Notes: generated from the sequence alone by a model not told the origin. A stretch of DNA of 64,000 bases from an uncultured Candidatus Sumerlaeota bacterium (GCA_964463045.1 CAYXAU010000001.1:72524-136523), one strand, 5' to 3'. Shown: positions 36,294 through 46,011, counted from the first letter of the stretch. Made by a program: numbers and translations.

Positions 36294-36874
36294 GGCCGGC
36301 GATGATCTCCCTCGGGGCGGCCCCGCCCGATCTCACCGGACTTTACAGCATTTTCGGAACCCCTCTGACGGAGGTCCCGCACGCGCGCTTCTGTCCGGCC
36401 GAAGAGGTTCCGGAGCCGTTTCGCCGGCTCCTGGATCACGAGGAACACATGACCGTTCGGATGGAGGAACGGCACGGCTCGCCGCTGCGCCTGAAGATTA
36501 TCGAGGAGACGAGCGAGGGGAACTGGTACGCCCGCAAGATCCTGCTTCTTCACGGGGCGAACGATCGGGTCCTCCAATTCGGGATCATGCGCTTCAATTT
36601 CGACTGGTGCAGCCCGGAGATCCGGGAAGCAATCCGCCGGGGGGACACGCCGGTGGGTCGCATCCTCATCGAACACGACGTGCTCCGCCGGATCAGCACG
36701 CACGCGCTCATGAAGATCGTCCCCAACGCCGAATTGCGCGAGGTCTTCGGCCTGCCGGCCCGCCAGGCGCGCGACGGTTCCGCCCCGCGTTACGCCTATG
36801 GCCGGCTCGCCACGATTTACTGCAACGAGGAGCCCGCTGTCGACCTGCTGGAGATCCCTTCCCCCTCCAGTTGA
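36290..36874 (+). CDS. Small conserved protein, possibly of the chorismate-lyase/UTRA fold (DUF98-like). Assignment tentative.
   Basis: ~190 aa. GTG at 36290 overlaps the upstream stop (GTGA); an ATG alternative is at 36302. Conserved-looking segments include EEHMTVRMEERHG and GRILIEHDVLRR. Codon usage is consistent with neighbouring genes. Confidence 0.45.
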   Translation: MRPAMISLGAAPPDLTGLYSIFGTPLTEVPHARFCPAEEVPEPFRRLLDHEEHMTVRMEERHGSPLRLKIIEETSEGNWYARKILLLHGANDRVLQFGIMRFNFDWCSPEIREAIRRGDTPVGRILIEHDVLRRISTHALMKIVPNAELREVFGLPARQARDGSAPRYAYGRLATIYCNEEPAVDLLEIPSPSS

Positions 36875-36924
36875 GCGCGCGCCGCCCCGACCGCCGAGGT
36901 TGAGCAAGGAGCCCGAGCCGCCCG

Positions 36925-38217
36925 ATGAAACCCGACTATGACGTGATCGTGATGGGGGGAGGTCCGGCGGGCAGTTGCGTCTCGACGCTGCTCGCCCAGC
37001 AGGGCCGGCGGGTGCTGGTCGTCGAGAAGGAGCGCTTCCCACGCCATCACATTGGCGAGTCCCTGATCCCGGAGACCTACTGGCCGCTCAAACGGATGGG
37101 AGTGCTGGATAAAATCCGCCAGGCGGGCTTTACCAAGAAGTTCAGCGTTCAGTTCGCCAGCAACGACGGCCGGTTCTCGCGCCCTTTTTATTTTTTCGAG
37201 ACCAACCATCACGAAAGCGCGGTCACCTGGCAGGTGCTCCGCTCGAAATTCGATGCGCTCATGCTCGATCACGCGCGAGAGTCCGGCGCCGAAGTGCGGC
37301 AGGGGACGCTCGTTCAGGACGTCCTCTTCGACGGCGAGCGCGCCGTCGGCGTGGAAATCCGCGAGGCCGGGGACGGCGCCCGCGGCCCGGTCGAGCGCCT
37401 GTCGGCCCACGTGCTCGTCGACGCCACGGGGCTGAACGCCCTCCTCTCTTCGCGCCTGGGGCTCCGGCTCAGGGACCCCAAGCTGCGCAAGGCCGTCGTC
37501 TATTCGTACTTTCGCGGGGCCCGGCGGGACCCGGGGGTCGATCACGGCGCAACGCTCGTCCTGCGGACGCCTCCCGGCAGCAACGGCTGGTTCTGGTTCA
37601 TCCCGCTGGCCGAGGACGTGACGAGCGTCGGCATCGTCGCCGACCCGGACTATCTCTTCGGCGGCCGGGGCCGGGACCTGGAGAAGATCTTCGCCGAGGA
37701 GATCGAGCGCTGCGCCGCCGTGCGTTCGCGCGTGGAACACGCCACGCGCGTCGATCGCCACTACACGATCCAGGACTATTCCTTCCGGTCGCGACGGTGC
37801 TCCGGGCCGGGCTACGTGATGATCGGGGACGCTTACGGGTTCCTGGACCCGATCTATTCGACGGGCGTTTTCCTCGCCCTCAAATCGGCCGAATTGGCCG
37901 CCGACGCGATCGAGCGGGCCTTCCGCGCCGAAGATTTCTCCGGCGAAACGTTGGGCGCGCACGAGCCCAGGCTGCGCCGGGGGGTCGAATCCTTCCGCAA
38001 GCTCGTTTACGCCTACTATGCGAGCGATTTCAGCTTCGGGAACTTCATCGCCGAGCACCCGGAGTGTCGCGCCAACCTGATCGATCTCCTGGTCGGGAAC
38101 ATCTTCCGCGAGGGCGTCGACGATATTTTCGAGGTCATGAAGGATTATTGTGACATCCCCCCGCCGCTGGAGTTCCCCCCGGCTCCGGCCGCCGCATCCT
38201 CCCTTGCCGGAAAGTGA
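36925..38217 (+). CDS. FAD-dependent oxidoreductase of the geranylgeranyl-reductase/tryptophan-halogenase family, carrying both flavin-halogenase signature motifs.
   Basis: The dinucleotide fold is DVIVMGGGPAGS. GWFWFIPL matches WxWxIP and FLDPIYSTG matches FxxPxxSxG. A candidate lysine in FTKKFSV lies near the flavin. Confidence 0.75.
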   Translation: MKPDYDVIVMGGGPAGSCVSTLLAQQGRRVLVVEKERFPRHHIGESLIPETYWPLKRMGVLDKIRQAGFTKKFSVQFASNDGRFSRPFYFFETNHHESAVTWQVLRSKFDALMLDHARESGAEVRQGTLVQDVLFDGERAVGVEIREAGDGARGPVERLSAHVLVDATGLNALLSSRLGLRLRDPKLRKAVVYSYFRGARRDPGVDHGATLVLRTPPGSNGWFWFIPLAEDVTSVGIVADPDYLFGGRGRDLEKIFAEEIERCAAVRSRVEHATRVDRHYTIQDYSFRSRRCSGPGYVMIGDAYGFLDPIYSTGVFLALKSAELAADAIERAFRAEDFSGETLGAHEPRLRRGVESFRKLVYAYYASDFSFGNFIAEHPECRANLIDLLVGNIFREGVDDIFEVMKDYCDIPPPLEFPPAPAAASSLAGK

Positions 38218-38226
38218 TCCCTCCCG

Positions 38227-38451
38227 ATGAGGAAGGTCATTTACCTGGCCGCGGCCCTCTTGGCCGCCCTGCACCAGGACTTCTGGTTCTGGGATGATCG
38301 GAGGCTCCTGTTCGGCTTTCTGCCGATCGGGTTGGCCTACCACATGGCGTATTCCGTCGCGGCCGGGGCGTTGTGGGCCCTGGCGGTCGTCTTTGCCTGG
38401 CCGACGCACGTGGAAGATTTCGCCGCCGGCCCGGAGGACGGCCGCTCGTGA
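38227..38451 (+). CDS. DUF3311-like small membrane protein, the usual companion of SSS symporters.
   Basis: 74 aa with two hydrophobic helices. Its stop overlaps the GTG start of the symporter (GTGA). Confidence 0.6.
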   Translation: MRKVIYLAAALLAALHQDFWFWDDRRLLFGFLPIGLAYHMAYSVAAGALWALAVVFAWPTHVEDFAAGPEDGRS

Positions 38452-39965
38452 TCTCCGTCCTGGTAATGCTCGGTTATCTGGGGCTCCTGATCGCCCTGGG
38501 CGTCTGGAGCGGCCGCGCCTTCCGGGGCACGGCCGCCGATTACTTCGTCGCCAGCCAGTCGATCGGCGCCTTCATTCTGCTCATGTCGGTCTTCGGGACG
38601 ACGATGACGGCCTTCGCGCTGGTGGGTTCCACCTCCGAGGCCTTCCGTTCGGGCATCGGCGTCTATGGCATGATGGCCTCCTGGTCCGGCCTCATTCACG
38701 CCGCCGTCTTCTTCCTGGTCGGCATCAAGCTCTGGTCCTTCGGCAAGCGCTACGGTTACGTGACCCAGTGTCAGTATTTTCGCGATCGCTTTGAAAGCGA
38801 CCTCATCGGGTTGCTTCTCTTTCCGATCCTGGTGGCGCTCGTCATTCCGTACCTTTTAACGGGGCTGCTCGGGGCCGGCAGCGTCGTCAACGCCATCACC
38901 AGCGGCGCCTTCCCCGAGGTCTTCGCTTCGACGCGCGGCGGCGTCCCCCCCTGGCTGACCTCGCTCGTCATCTGCGGCGTGGTGCTGTTTTACATTTTCT
39001 TCGGCGGCCTGCGCGGCGCCGCCTGGGCCAATACTTTTCAGACGCTCGTTTTCATGATCATCGGCCTGATCACCTTTCTCGTGATCGCCGACCGTTTGGG
39101 CGGCGTCCCCGCCGCCAGCGCCGCCGTCGCCGAACGCCGTCCGGAACTTCTCGACCGCGGGCAGGAGATTCACCCCCTGCACTTTTTCACCTACGGTTTT
39201 GTCCCCCTCTCCGTCGGGATGTTCCCGCACCTGTTTCAGCACTGGCTGACGGCCCGGTCGGCCAAGACGTTCCGCCTGACGGTCATCGCTCATCCGATTT
39301 TCATCATGATCGTCTGGGCGCCATGCGTCCTGCTCGGCGTGTGGGCTTCCTCGGCGCTGATGCCGGACGGCTCGCCGGTCGTCCCGCCGGACGCGCGGGC
39401 CAATTCCGAACTCGGGATGATGATCGGCAAGCTGACCAACCCGGCCCTTTCGGGCTTTCTGGGCGCGGGCGTGCTCGCCGCGATCATGTCCTCGCTGGAT
39501 TCGCAGTTCGTCTGCCTGGGAACGATGTTCACCAACGACGTCGTGACGCACTACTTCGGCGAGCGACGCTTTACGGACCGGCAGCGCGTGCTTCTCGCCC
39601 GCGGCTTCATCGTCGCCATCGTCATCCTGACGTACGGCCTCTCGCTGGCCGAGCCGCGCCGCGTCTTCAGCCTCGGCGTCTGGTGTTTCAGCGGCTTCGC
39701 CAGCCTCTTTCCGCTGGTCTTCGCTTCAATCTACTGGCGTCGGGTGACGAAGGCCGGGGCGATCGCCTCCATTGTCGTCGCGGCGGCCGTCTGGTTCTTC
39801 CTCTTCGCGCGGGCGGGCTTCGGCGCCGAAGGCGAGCCCCTCGTCCTGGGGCTCATGCCGGTGACGTTCATCTTTGGGGCGGCCGCGGCGGCGCTCGTCA
39901 TCGTCTCGCTCTTGACCCGTCCCCCCGCGGCGGCGACGGTCGAGAAATATCTGCCTCTCTCATGA
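38448..39965 (+). CDS. Sodium:solute symporter (SSS) family transporter.
   Basis: ~13 TM helices. DYFVASQSIG and FGTTMTAFALVGSTSEAF are typical SSS N-terminal motifs. Confidence 0.85.
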   Translation: MISVLVMLGYLGLLIALGVWSGRAFRGTAADYFVASQSIGAFILLMSVFGTTMTAFALVGSTSEAFRSGIGVYGMMASWSGLIHAAVFFLVGIKLWSFGKRYGYVTQCQYFRDRFESDLIGLLLFPILVALVIPYLLTGLLGAGSVVNAITSGAFPEVFASTRGGVPPWLTSLVICGVVLFYIFFGGLRGAAWANTFQTLVFMIIGLITFLVIADRLGGVPAASAAVAERRPELLDRGQEIHPLHFFTYGFVPLSVGMFPHLFQHWLTARSAKTFRLTVIAHPIFIMIVWAPCVLLGVWASSALMPDGSPVVPPDARANSELGMMIGKLTNPALSGFLGAGVLAAIMSSLDSQFVCLGTMFTNDVVTHYFGERRFTDRQRVLLARGFIVAIVILTYGLSLAEPRRVFSLGVWCFSGFASLFPLVFASIYWRRVTKAGAIASIVVAAAVWFFLFARAGFGAEGEPLVLGLMPVTFIFGAAAAALVIVSLLTRPPAAATVEKYLPLS

Positions 39966-41284
39966 AGATTGCCTTCATCGCCGCCGGGGCCGCCCACATG
40001 TATTGCGGCAGTTGCCTGCGGGATAACGCCCTCGCCCGCCGTCTCCTTCGCTTGGGTCACGACGTCCTCTTTGTCCCGCTCTATACGCCCCTGCGCGTGG
40101 ATCGGGATCCGGTCCCGGGCCCGCGGGTCTTTTACGGCGGGATCAACATCTATCTCCGCACCCGATGGCCCTTCTTCCGGCGGCTCGGCACTCTCGCGCG
40201 CCTCTTGGACTCGCCCTCGGTCCTGCGCCTGGCCGCCCGCCTCGGCGGCATGACGCAAGCCGCCGATCTGGGTCCACTCACGGTGGCGACCGTCCGAGGC
40301 GACGAAGGGGAGCTCCGCGGTGAAGCCGAGGCCCTGGCCCACTGGCTGGCCGAAGCTTACCGGCCCGACCTCATCAATCTTCCCAACGCCTTGCTCGCGG
40401 GCTTGGCCCGGCCGCTCAAGGCCGCGACCGGCGCCGCCGTCGTTTGCACGCTGAGCGGCGAGGACCTCTTCCTCGACCAGATGGTCGAGCCCTTCAAGAG
40501 CCAGACGTTGGAGATTCTCAGGGCCCGGCTCCGGGAAGTGGATCGTTTTATCGCCATCAGCGAGCATTACGCCGCGAGCGCCGCCGAATTGTTCGGTCTC
40601 CCCCGGTCCCGGATCGACGTCGTCCCGATCGGCCTGGACCCTAGCGGTTTCGGTCGGTCCGGCGCGCCTTCGGGGCCCTTCACAATCGGTTACCTGGCCC
40701 GCATCGATCCGGCCAAGGGGCTTCACCTGCTGGTGGAGGCATTGGCCGGACTGCGGGCGACGCCTGAAACCGCTGAGGCGCGCCTCGCCGCCGCGGGCTA
40801 CCTCGGCCCGGAGCACAGGTCCTATTGGCGACGCGTCCAAGAGGAAGCCCGTCGGCGGGGGCTTGAGGCCGCTTTTCAGTATCATGGGGAACTCACGTTC
40901 GAGGGGAAACTCCGGTTCCTTGACGGCGTGCACGTCCTCTCGGTCCCGACGGTTCATCCTGAGCCCAAGGGTCTATTTGTGCTGGAAGCTCTGGCGCACG
41001 GCGTGCCGGTCGTCATGCCGCGCCACGGGGCGTTTCCCGAGCTGATCGAACGGACCGGAGGAGGCCTCCTCTTCGAGCCCGGCGACGCCGCCGGCCTGGC
41101 GGATCAGCTCCGCCGCCTCGCGCTTGATCCCCCCCTCGCTGATCACCTTTCCCGTCAGGGCCGCGCCGCCGTGCTCAGCCGTTTCACCGACGAGGCCATG
41201 GCGCGCCGCACGCTGGAGGTTTATGAGAAGTGCGTGGCCCGGGCTGGAGAGCGTCCGGCGGACCTTCTCGGCGTGGGGGCCTGA
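39962..41284 (+). CDS. Glycosyltransferase family 4.
   Basis: ATG overlaps the symporter stop (ATGA). The N-terminus is MKIAFIAAG. The C-terminal motif EPKGLFVLEALAHGVPVV is the GT4 E-x7-E region. Confidence 0.8.
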   Translation: MKIAFIAAGAAHMYCGSCLRDNALARRLLRLGHDVLFVPLYTPLRVDRDPVPGPRVFYGGINIYLRTRWPFFRRLGTLARLLDSPSVLRLAARLGGMTQAADLGPLTVATVRGDEGELRGEAEALAHWLAEAYRPDLINLPNALLAGLARPLKAATGAAVVCTLSGEDLFLDQMVEPFKSQTLEILRARLREVDRFIAISEHYAASAAELFGLPRSRIDVVPIGLDPSGFGRSGAPSGPFTIGYLARIDPAKGLHLLVEALAGLRATPETAEARLAAAGYLGPEHRSYWRRVQEEARRRGLEAAFQYHGELTFEGKLRFLDGVHVLSVPTVHPEPKGLFVLEALAHGVPVVMPRHGAFPELIERTGGGLLFEPGDAAGLADQLRRLALDPPLADHLSRQGRAAVLSRFTDEAMARRTLEVYEKCVARAGERPADLLGVGA

Positions 41285-41366
41285 GTTCCTACGGCGGCCG
41301 AGGCCCCTCGGGCCGACCTCCGGCTCGGCCGGGCGTCGTGGCCGTCGGTTGTCCCTGAGCTTGTCG

Positions 41367-42062
41367 ATGATGGCTGAGCATCCGGATGGGTTCGTGCTCG
41401 AGGCTCATGACCTGCGCCGGGAGTATCCGATCCTGGGCGAGCCCCTGCGCGTTCTGGACGGCGTGGATTTGACGCTCGGTCGGGGGGGCTCGGTGGCCAT
41501 CATGGGGCCTTCGGGCGCGGGCAAGAGCACGTTGCTCCACATCCTCGGCACGCTGGATCGGCCGACCTCCGGCCGGCTTCGGCTGGAGGGGATTGACCCG
41601 TTCGAGCTGACCGCCCGGGAGCTGGCGACCTTCCGCAATCGCCGCCTGGGATTCATCTTTCAGGACCATCATCTGCTGCCCCAGTGCACGGTGCTGGAGA
41701 ACGTGCTGGTCCCGACGCTCGTCAGCCGCCAAGGGGCTGAGGAAGCCGTGGTCCGGGCTCGCGTCCTGCTGGATCGGGTCGGTCTCGCCGAACGCCTGGA
41801 CCACCGCCCGGCGGAGCTGTCCGGCGGGGAACGCCAACGCGTGGCCGTGGCGCGCGCCTTGATCAATGAGCCGTCGATCGTCTTGTGCGACGAGCCGACG
41901 GGCAATCTCGATCCGAAGACCAGCGGCCAAATCGCCGATCTCTTCGGCCGGTTGCGCGAGGAAAGGCCGGTGGTCTTCGTCGTCGTGACTCATAGCCCGG
42001 AATTCGCCGGCGTCTTCGACCGCCAACTGCGTCTCGTCGAGGGCCGCTTGAGGGCTGCATAG
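41367..42062 (+). CDS. ABC transporter ATP-binding protein (LolD/MacB-type). No adjacent permease.
   Basis: Walker A is GPSGAGKST, the signature LSGGERQR, Walker B IVLCDEPTGNLD and the H-loop THS. Confidence 0.85.
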   Translation: MMAEHPDGFVLEAHDLRREYPILGEPLRVLDGVDLTLGRGGSVAIMGPSGAGKSTLLHILGTLDRPTSGRLRLEGIDPFELTARELATFRNRRLGFIFQDHHLLPQCTVLENVLVPTLVSRQGAEEAVVRARVLLDRVGLAERLDHRPAELSGGERQRVAVARALINEPSIVLCDEPTGNLDPKTSGQIADLFGRLREERPVVFVVVTHSPEFAGVFDRQLRLVEGRLRAA

Positions 42063-42114
42063 ACGGCCATCTTGGTCCCCGGCGCGGGGATGAGAATTCG
42101 AGGAAGCCCCATCG

Positions 42115-43248
42115 ATGAAACGAAAACCGCGCGGCTTGAGCGCCGGCGAAATGGCCCGGCGGATCGCCGCTCTTGCGCCCCCTGAGCTGGCCGAGGCGTG
42201 GGATAACGTCGGGCTCCAGGTCGGCGATCCCGCGCGCCGCGTCGCGCGGCTCATGGTCTGCCTGGAGACGACGGCCTCGACGCTGGCCGAGGCGCGGCGT
42301 CGTCGGGCCGACGCCATCCTCGCTCATCACCCGCTGATCTTTCGGCCCCTCAAATCCCTCCTCTGGGATGATCCCGCTCAACGCCTCGTGACCGAGCTTG
42401 CGCGAGCCGGTCTGACTTTGATCGTCGCCCATACGAACCTGGACGCCGCGGCCTGGGGCACAAATCAGGCCCTGGCCGAGGCCTGCGGTCTCTGGCCCAC
42501 GGCGCCCCTGGAGCCCCGTTCGGCCGCGGCCCCCTTTAAGCTCGTCGTCTTTACGCCTCAGGGTCATGAATCGGCCGTGATCGAGGCGATCGCGCGCGGG
42601 GGGGGCGGGCAGATCGGGCTCTATACGCACTGCACCTTTCGGACCCCCGGGGTCGGCACGTTTCGCGGGGGGGAAGGGGCTCAACCGTATATCGGCGAAG
42701 CGGGCCGATTGGAGTCGGCCGAGGAATTTCGCCTGGAGGCAGTCGTCCCGGCTTCGGCCGCCCGATCCGTCCTCGATGAGGTCCTCAAGGTTCATCCTTA
42801 CGAAGAGCCTGCCTACGAGTTCTATCCTCTGGCCGAGGCTGCCCCGCGCACGGGTCTCGGCTGTCTGGCCGAGTTGACGCGAGCTGAGCCGGCCGAACTG
42901 TGGGTCAAGCGATTGAAGCGGAAACTGCGGCTGAAACGCGTGCGCCTGGCGGGTCCCCTCGGACGGCCCATCCGCCGCGTGGCGATCTGCACGGGTTCCG
43001 GCGGGGGGCTGCTTCGGCGGGCCCGTGAGGTCGGCGCCCACGCCCTGCTTACGGGAGAAGCTCATTATCATCACGGCATCGAGGCCCATCAACTCGGTAT
43101 CTTGTTGATTGAGGTCGGCCACTTTGAATCCGAACGATTGGTGGCGACCCCACTGGCTCGGCGGCTGGCCGCCGACCCGGCCCTTCAGGCGGCAGGGGTC
43201 GAGGTATTCGCGGCGACGGACGACCTCCAGCCGTTCCGGTGGGTCTAG
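42115..43248 (+). CDS. Nif3-family dinuclear-metal-centre protein (YqfO/YbgI-like).
   Basis: The N-terminus carries WDNVGLQVGD and LAHHPLIF. The C-terminus carries GEAHYHHG and EVGHFESE. Confidence 0.85.
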   Translation: MKRKPRGLSAGEMARRIAALAPPELAEAWDNVGLQVGDPARRVARLMVCLETTASTLAEARRRRADAILAHHPLIFRPLKSLLWDDPAQRLVTELARAGLTLIVAHTNLDAAAWGTNQALAEACGLWPTAPLEPRSAAAPFKLVVFTPQGHESAVIEAIARGGGGQIGLYTHCTFRTPGVGTFRGGEGAQPYIGEAGRLESAEEFRLEAVVPASAARSVLDEVLKVHPYEEPAYEFYPLAEAAPRTGLGCLAELTRAEPAELWVKRLKRKLRLKRVRLAGPLGRPIRRVAICTGSGGGLLRRAREVGAHALLTGEAHYHHGIEAHQLGILLIEVGHFESERLVATPLARRLAADPALQAAGVEVFAATDDLQPFRWV

Positions 43249-43337
43249 GCGAGCCGAGGGGCGTCCTCTTTTGGGTTTTCGGCATGGTCGGCGATCGGCT
43301 ACGATGCGCCCCGGAACTCCGGGGAGCCTTGAGCCCG

Positions 43338-44969
43338 ATGGCCGCCGCCCCACCGCCGCGCTTGAATACCTGGCCTTTATCCCTCTCGGCCGCCGCGATG
43401 GTTTTGTTCGTGGTGGCGATGCTCGGCTGTTCGGCCAAGAAGGAGGAGGCCGACCCGTGGGCTTCTCAGGCGCGCGACGGCCGAGGGGCGCCGGGAGCCC
43501 TGGGCGAGGTGGCCTCCTCCGGTTCATCGGGTCGTTATCGCCCGATCTCGGCGCCCGAGGCTTTTCAGCCGCTGGTGCGATCGGTGGAGCGGCGCACGGA
43601 AGTGATCGAAACCTTCCGTCGCGCCGAAGACAAAGCCATCGTGCCCGCCATCCTCGAACTGATGCGCTTTTCCAGTCTCGGGGTGATTGAACCCCTGACG
43701 CGCAAGGAACTGGGCGTTCTTCGATTCTTCAGCCGTCAGTTTCTCCCCCCCGAGGATTGGGACGGTTGGATGGAATGGTACTGGAGCTCGCCGCGGGAGG
43801 AGCTTCATCCCGGTTACGCCTTCCTGAAACAGAATCTCTTCAGCCGCTTTGGCGGCGAGTTGTCCGCCATGCTCGATCCGCGCCGCAGCTCATCGGTCGA
43901 TCCCACGGAGATCCTCCCGCGCCCCTTCCAGCGATTCGGCGGCGTGACCGCGCTCGATAATCCCCCCACGGCGCGGGTCGGCGCGCCCGGAACCGAGTAC
44001 ATCCAGGCCACCGAGCCGGTCGTGGGGCTCGCTCTCGGCGACAGCCATCGCGCCTACCCCCTCCGTCTGCTTTACCACCACGAAATCATCAACGACGAGA
44101 TCGACGGACGATGGGTCGTCGTGACGTTCAGCCCCCTGTCGTTGGCTTGCTTCGCCTATGAAGTAATCGCCCCGCCGGATCGACGGCCTCTGTTTGGCGT
44201 CGCCTCTCTGCTTTACCGGGCCGATTCGCTGATGTACGACCGTGAGACCTTCAGCCTCTGGTCGAGCCGTTCCGGCCGGCCCCTGCGCGGCCCCCGTCTG
44301 GACGATCCCGCCGGCATCGAGCTGCGACCCTTGGCCGTCTCCCAAGTTACCTGGGCCCTCTGGCAGCAAGAGTGGCCTCAGACGACGACACTTTTCCTTG
44401 AAACGGGCCAATCGGACATCTATGCGGATCCCAACCCGTATCTCGGCTACCACTACGACCCGAGCGCCGGGATTCCGCTCATCCGCCGCGACGCACGCCT
44501 GCCGGAAAAGGCCGTAGTTTATGGTCTCGTCCATAAAGGAGAGGCGGTCGCCTATCCGTTCGATCAGGTGGCCCAGGTGGGCGACGGGGTCATCGACGAA
44601 GTGGCGGGGGATTGGATCGCCGTGATCGGCCGCCCGCGCCGTCAGGAATTGCGGGCCTATCGCTTGGAGGACCGGCGCCTGTTGATGGGGGCCAACTTCC
44701 TGCTCTTGGAGGAGATCGGGCCGGGTCTCCTCTGGCGACGCACCGAGCCCGCCCTCGTCGCCGGCCTGGATCAAAGCCTGGGGCTTCAGCTCCCCCGTGT
44801 GCCGGGCCAGATCGTCTTCTGGTACGCCTGGCAGCTCTGGCATCCCGATACGCGCGTTTACACGGCTCCCAGGATTGCCGCCCCCTCAGGTTCAACCCCT
44901 CAGAATTCCGGCGCGAACTTGCCGTTGAGCGCGGAACCGCCGGCGGCGTCGACCGCCGAGCGCCCCTGA
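43338..44969 (+). CDS. DUF3179-domain lipoprotein.
   Basis: The lipobox is VAMLGCS. The central block PVVGLALGDSHRAYPLRLLYHHEIINDEIDGRWVVVTFSPLS is the DUF3179 signature. Confidence 0.7.
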   Translation: MAAAPPPRLNTWPLSLSAAAMVLFVVAMLGCSAKKEEADPWASQARDGRGAPGALGEVASSGSSGRYRPISAPEAFQPLVRSVERRTEVIETFRRAEDKAIVPAILELMRFSSLGVIEPLTRKELGVLRFFSRQFLPPEDWDGWMEWYWSSPREELHPGYAFLKQNLFSRFGGELSAMLDPRRSSSVDPTEILPRPFQRFGGVTALDNPPTARVGAPGTEYIQATEPVVGLALGDSHRAYPLRLLYHHEIINDEIDGRWVVVTFSPLSLACFAYEVIAPPDRRPLFGVASLLYRADSLMYDRETFSLWSSRSGRPLRGPRLDDPAGIELRPLAVSQVTWALWQQEWPQTTTLFLETGQSDIYADPNPYLGYHYDPSAGIPLIRRDARLPEKAVVYGLVHKGEAVAYPFDQVAQVGDGVIDEVAGDWIAVIGRPRRQELRAYRLEDRRLLMGANFLLLEEIGPGLLWRRTEPALVAGLDQSLGLQLPRVPGQIVFWYAWQLWHPDTRVYTAPRIAAPSGSTPQNSGANLPLSAEPPAASTAERP

Positions 44970-45097
44970 CGTCTTCCCCCACCGTTTGGCGGGGAGAAGG
45001 CTTGACCCGTCCCGGCGGTGGGGGGATGATAGTCTAACGGAGCCGACGGAATAACGCTGGTTCGTCCGTCAGTTTTCAGGTCAGGGGGCCCGAGCCA

Positions 45098-45760
45098 TTG
45101 AGCGCGCCATCGCCAGAGGTCAACTTTCGAAAGTCTGACGTCGTGCCGTTCAAACTGGCCGGCGTCGTTACCCTGGCCGTCCTGGTGGTCTGGCTGTTCG
45201 CCTTCCAAGCCGCTCCCTGGCGACGGCCCTCCCTGGTGCCGCCGCCGGAGGATCGTCCCGAACAGCTCAGCCCGCGCGACCGATGGCTGATCGAACGGGA
45301 ATGCGAGCGCCTCGTGGCCGACTACGCCCGTTTCCTCGATCTGGGTCAGGCCGAGCGCGTGGCTGAACTTTTCGCCGAGGACGGGCTTTGGGAGGCCGGC
45401 GCCACGCGGCTTGAAGGCCGCGAGACGATCCGGACCGCCTTCGCGCGTCGACAGGAGACGAGTTCAACCATCTCGCGCCACGTGTGCACGAATTTCGCCC
45501 TCGACCTTCTGGACCCCCGCCATGCCGAGGGGACCGTCTACTTGACGCTCTATGAGTATGAGGGGGACCAGGCGACGCGGCCCGCCTCGACGGATGGGCA
45601 GCCGACCGCCGTCGGCCACTATGAGGATGCCTTCGTGAAGACCGACGCGGGTTGGCGCTTCAGCCGGCGGCGGCTTCTGATCGCTTTCGCCGATTCCAGC
45701 GGCGAGCCGTCCCCAGGTGAGACGTCGGCCCAACCGCCAGGCAACGCCCAAGCCGATTGA
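45098..45760 (+). CDS. NTF2-like/SnoaL-like fold protein with an N-terminal TM anchor.
   Basis: TM helix LAGVVTLAVLVVWLFAF is followed by ERLVADYARFLDLGQAERVAELFAEDG ... YEDAFVKTDAGWRFSRRRL, a typical SnoaL_4/DUF4440 pattern. Confidence 0.6.
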   Translation: MSAPSPEVNFRKSDVVPFKLAGVVTLAVLVVWLFAFQAAPWRRPSLVPPPEDRPEQLSPRDRWLIERECERLVADYARFLDLGQAERVAELFAEDGLWEAGATRLEGRETIRTAFARRQETSSTISRHVCTNFALDLLDPRHAEGTVYLTLYEYEGDQATRPASTDGQPTAVGHYEDAFVKTDAGWRFSRRRLLIAFADSSGEPSPGETSAQPPGNAQAD

Positions 45761-45972
45761 CCCGCCGAGGGGATCGCTCGCCGGGTTCGCGTGATGGGTC
45801 ATGAGGGCGGATGTGGGTTGCTGCTGCTGGAACTTCTCGATGCGCTGGATGTCCGGTTCAATTCTTGGCGCAGGGGAGAGGCTATGAAAGACAAGGCGAG
45901 TCGTTCACGTCGTGCCGACCTTGAAGGACGGCCCCCGCACGGCTCCATCTCTCGATCATCTCGCCCCCCTTA

Positions 45973-46002
45973 TTGACATCGACTCCCCGTCGTCGATATA
46001 AG
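45973..46002 (+). promoter_or_regulatory. Sigma70-type promoter for tRNA-Thr (TTGACA-N17-ATATAAG).
   Basis: TTGACA at 45973-45978, then a 17-18-nt spacer, then (A)TATAAG at 45996-46002. The tRNA 5' end is at 46012. Confidence 0.45.
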
Positions 46003-46011
46003 AGGGCGCGA

